From Candidatus Multivoradales bacterium (lineage in GTDB: Bacteria; Acidobacteriota; Thermoanaerobaculia; Multivoradales; J023): a DNA stretch of 64,000 nucleotides. Shown here piece by piece: positions 61,629-64,000 of the stretch (position 1 is its first letter; each line of letters starts with the position of its first letter). Both the position numbers and the translations under genes were made by a program. The DNA is taken from the NCBI GenBank assembly GCA_965248925.1, contig CBDFLE010000006.1, forward strand, positions 4,832,001 through 4,896,000. The letters run 5' to 3'. A model generated the notes under the pieces. It searched no databases, was not told where the DNA came from, and saw only the letters and a list, made by a program, of their open reading frames with translations.

Positions 61629-64000
61629 ATCCCGAACGCTGGCAGCAGGTGCAGGATTTATTCTCCGCCGCTCTCGTGCTAGAGGTCGAGAGTCGCGGGT
61701 TCGTCGCCGCCCAGGCCGGTGAGGATCATCAGCTGCGGGACGAGGTGCTGTCGTTGTTGGCCGCTCACGCTCAGGCCGCTGAGACCACATTTCTTGCCCA
61801 TCCCACGGCCACTGGCGGCCCGGTCGGTGACTTGCCCCAGGACCTGCCGGAGATCGAGCGCTACCATTGGATCGGCCGCCTGGGGGAAGGCGGTATGGGT
61901 ACCGTGTACCTGGCGGTGCGGTCTGACGACGCTTACCAGCAGCAGGTGGCGATCAAATTGCTGCGCCGCGACCTCGATCGTCAGGGGTTGATTCGCCGTT
62001 TCCATCGTGAGCGGCAGATCCTGGCCGAACTCGATCACCCCAACATTGCTCGTCTGCTCGACGGCGGCACGGCTTCGGACGGCCGTCCTTACTTGGTGAT
62101 GGAGTACGTCGCCGGCTGGCCGATCGATGTCTATTGTCAACAGCACCAACTCGGCATCGAAGACCGGCTGCGGCTGGTGGGCAAGGTCTGTTCGGCGGTG
62201 CATGCCGCCCATCAGCGGCTGATCGTGCATCGCGATCTCAAACCGGCCAACATCCTGGTCAACGCCGAAGGCGAGCCCAAACTGCTCGACTTTGGCATCG
62301 CCAAAGCGCTCGATCCAGCGCATCAGACGAGCGGCGCAGAGACTGTTCCGGGGCGCATGCCGATGACCCCCGAGTACGCCAGCCCGGAGCAGATGCGCGG
62401 CTTGACGGTGACCACGGTCAGCGACATATATTCTCTGGGGGTGCTGCTCTACGAGCTGCTCACCAGCCGCCGGCCGCTGGCGGTGGCGGTCCTGCCGGCC
62501 GAGCGTGCCCTGCGGCGCTTGTTGGAGGATATTCCCACCCGGCCCTCGACCGTTATCGCATCGCTGGCGGAGGAGGCTGAAGGCACCCCGGCCGCGGTGG
62601 ACGATTGGCTGGGAGAAGCGGGCTCTCGGCGCCGATCTGGGTGGGCGAAGCGGCTGATCGGCGATCTCGACAGCATCGTGCTGACCGCGCTGGCCAAAGA
62701 GCCTGGACGGCGCTATGGCTCCGCCGAGGCGCTGGCAGAGGATCTCGATCGCCACTTGCAAGGTTTGCCGGTGGTGGCGCGAGGCAACTCCCGGACCTAC
62801 CTGGTGGGTCGCTTTGTCCGCCGCCACCGCTCGCCGGTGGCCATAGCTCTGGTGGCCTTGCTCGGGCAGACCGCGGTGATGGTCGGCTTGGCATTGCAGC
62901 GGGCCGAAACCCTGCGCCAGCGGGACCGGGCCAGCGCCGTGACCGAGACTCTGGTGGAGATCTTCGATAAGGCCGATCCCGGCCACGCTCGCGGTGCCAC
63001 CTTGACCGCGCGCTCGGTGCTCGACAGTGGACGGCAGCGCATCGCAGGGTTGGCCGATCAGCCCCAACTGCAAGCGGACTTGCAGCTCACCATGGGTCGG
63101 GTGTACACCAGTTTGGGATTGTTGCCGCCGGCCTTGGAGCTGCTCGGCGAGGCCCTCGACACTCGGCGTCGTCAGCACCAGGGCGACCATCGTGAAGTGG
63201 CCGAGGCTGCCGAGCTGCTGGCTCAGGCGCTGCACGATGCTGATCGCAGCGCAGAAGCCAGCCAGCTGCTCAGCGAAGCGCTGGCGATGCGCCGCCGGCT
63301 GCACGGACACAGCGATGGCCGAGTGGCCGAGTCGCTGTTGCTGCTGGGCACGGCGCTTCATCGGCAAGGAGAGTACGGCCTTGCCCGGCAGCACTATGCC
63401 GAAGCGGTGGAGATTCGGCGCCGCGGAACGGATGTCGAAGCCCTGGGACGAACCTTGAATGCTCTCGGAACCTTCGAGCGCGACCTGGGCGACTACTCGC
63501 GGGCCGAAATGCTGCATCGCGAAGCGGTGGCCCTGCTGGAACTGGAGAGATCGGCCGCGGCCGAACCTGAGCTGGCTTGGGCGCTGGCTAACCTCGGCAC
63601 TGCTTTGCGGCGCCAAGCCAGCTACGATCAAGCAGAGCAGTGCTACCAGCGGGCCGAGCAGATCCAGCGCCGGCTCTACCATGAGCCCCATCAGGTGCTT
63701 GCCTACACCCTCGATCAGTTCGGCCTGCTGCGCTTGTCCCAGTCGCGGCTCGACGCTGCCGAGGGGCTGCTGCAAGAAGCGCTGAGGATGCATCTCGTGG
63801 TCTTTGGCGACGACCATGCGAGGGTTGCTGATAGTCGCGCCAACCTGGCCAAGGTGGCTCTGGTGAGGGGTGATCTCGAGGCTGCCCAGGAAGGCTTTGG
63901 TGCAGCCTTGAAAATGCTGCGAGAAGTGCTCCCGGCCGGCCACAAGGACCTGGCGACAGCGATGAATCATCACGCCGATGTGCTGGTTCACCAGGGTGAG
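61625..64000 (+). CDS. Hanks-type Ser/Thr kinase with a TM segment and TPR repeats (partial, runs off the right edge)
   Basis: GTG at 61625 overlaps the sigma stop; MNPERWQQV; LGEGGMGTVY, VAIK, HRDLKPANILV, DFG, MTPEYASPEQ; then TM and TPRs; not in the ORF track because no stop lies in the window. Confidence 0.93.
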   Translation, partial: MNPERWQQVQDLFSAALVLEVESRGFVAAQAGEDHQLRDEVLSLLAAHAQAAETTFLAHPTATGGPVGDLPQDLPEIERYHWIGRLGEGGMGTVYLAVRSDDAYQQQVAIKLLRRDLDRQGLIRRFHRERQILAELDHPNIARLLDGGTASDGRPYLVMEYVAGWPIDVYCQQHQLGIEDRLRLVGKVCSAVHAAHQRLIVHRDLKPANILVNAEGEPKLLDFGIAKALDPAHQTSGAETVPGRMPMTPEYASPEQMRGLTVTTVSDIYSLGVLLYELLTSRRPLAVAVLPAERALRRLLEDIPTRPSTVIASLAEEAEGTPAAVDDWLGEAGSRRRSGWAKRLIGDLDSIVLTALAKEPGRRYGSAEALAEDLDRHLQGLPVVARGNSRTYLVGRFVRRHRSPVAIALVALLGQTAVMVGLALQRAETLRQRDRASAVTETLVEIFDKADPGHARGATLTARSVLDSGRQRIAGLADQPQLQADLQLTMGRVYTSLGLLPPALELLGEALDTRRRQHQGDHREVAEAAELLAQALHDADRSAEASQLLSEALAMRRRLHGHSDGRVAESLLLLGTALHRQGEYGLARQHYAEAVEIRRRGTDVEALGRTLNALGTFERDLGDYSRAEMLHREAVALLELERSAAAEPELAWALANLGTALRRQASYDQAEQCYQRAEQIQRRLYHEPHQVLAYTLDQFGLLRLSQSRLDAAEGLLQEALRMHLVVFGDDHARVADSRANLAKVALVRGDLEAAQEGFGAALKMLREVLPAGHKDLATAMNHHADVLVHQGE

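Noticed and set aside
61679-63991. 770-aa minus-strand ORF
   Set aside because: Antisense shadow of the plus-strand kinase-TPR gene, which carries all the kinase motifs.
1-64000. rRNA, tRNA, prophage or known anti-phage system
   Set aside because: No such motifs recognised by eye; the DUF1998 helicase has MrfA-like rather than DISARM/Druantia context.

Overview
High-GC bacterial chromosomal window, most likely Acidobacteriota (Thermoanaerobaculia-like). This is an inference from the Acidobacteria-type VWA protein, the C-terminal IFGDGFES motif on a subtilase, the ECF-sigma/Ser-Thr-kinase-TPR pair and the 'WAWxGNARR' TPR regulator. No rRNA, tRNA or CRISPR array was seen. Recognisable genes: a MrfA/YprA-type helicase fused to a DEDD exonuclease, dnaE2, several exported proteases (tricorn S41, M48, S8), an RND efflux operon with a binding-protein-TolC fusion, an SDR, and DinB, HD, PilZ and SnoaL proteins. 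Two copies of one DDE insertion sequence (one intact at 2529 bp, one internally deleted at 1144 bp) each split a gene that can be rejoined in frame by eye. Several other genes carry single in-frame stops, frameshifts or probable deletions, so parts of the window appear to be decaying. Main candidates for novelty: (1) a translationally coupled pair of membrane-TPR-C39-like proteins, one with an intact catalytic set and one apparently dead, followed by tricorn protease; (2) a direct-repeat operator TTACGC-N5-TTACGC in the promoters of dnaE2 and a SnoaL gene, with a degenerate copy upstream of the helicase, a candidate lineage-specific SOS box; (3) a sigma54-type promoter driving a structured, terminator-ended ~260-nt transcript with no long ORF; (4) three secreted Cys-rich peptide precursors; (5) apparent pseudo-enzymes (a PHP fold without metal ligands and tandem PCD-like proteins without the HHP motif). 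All family calls are by-eye motif recognition; no database searches were run.
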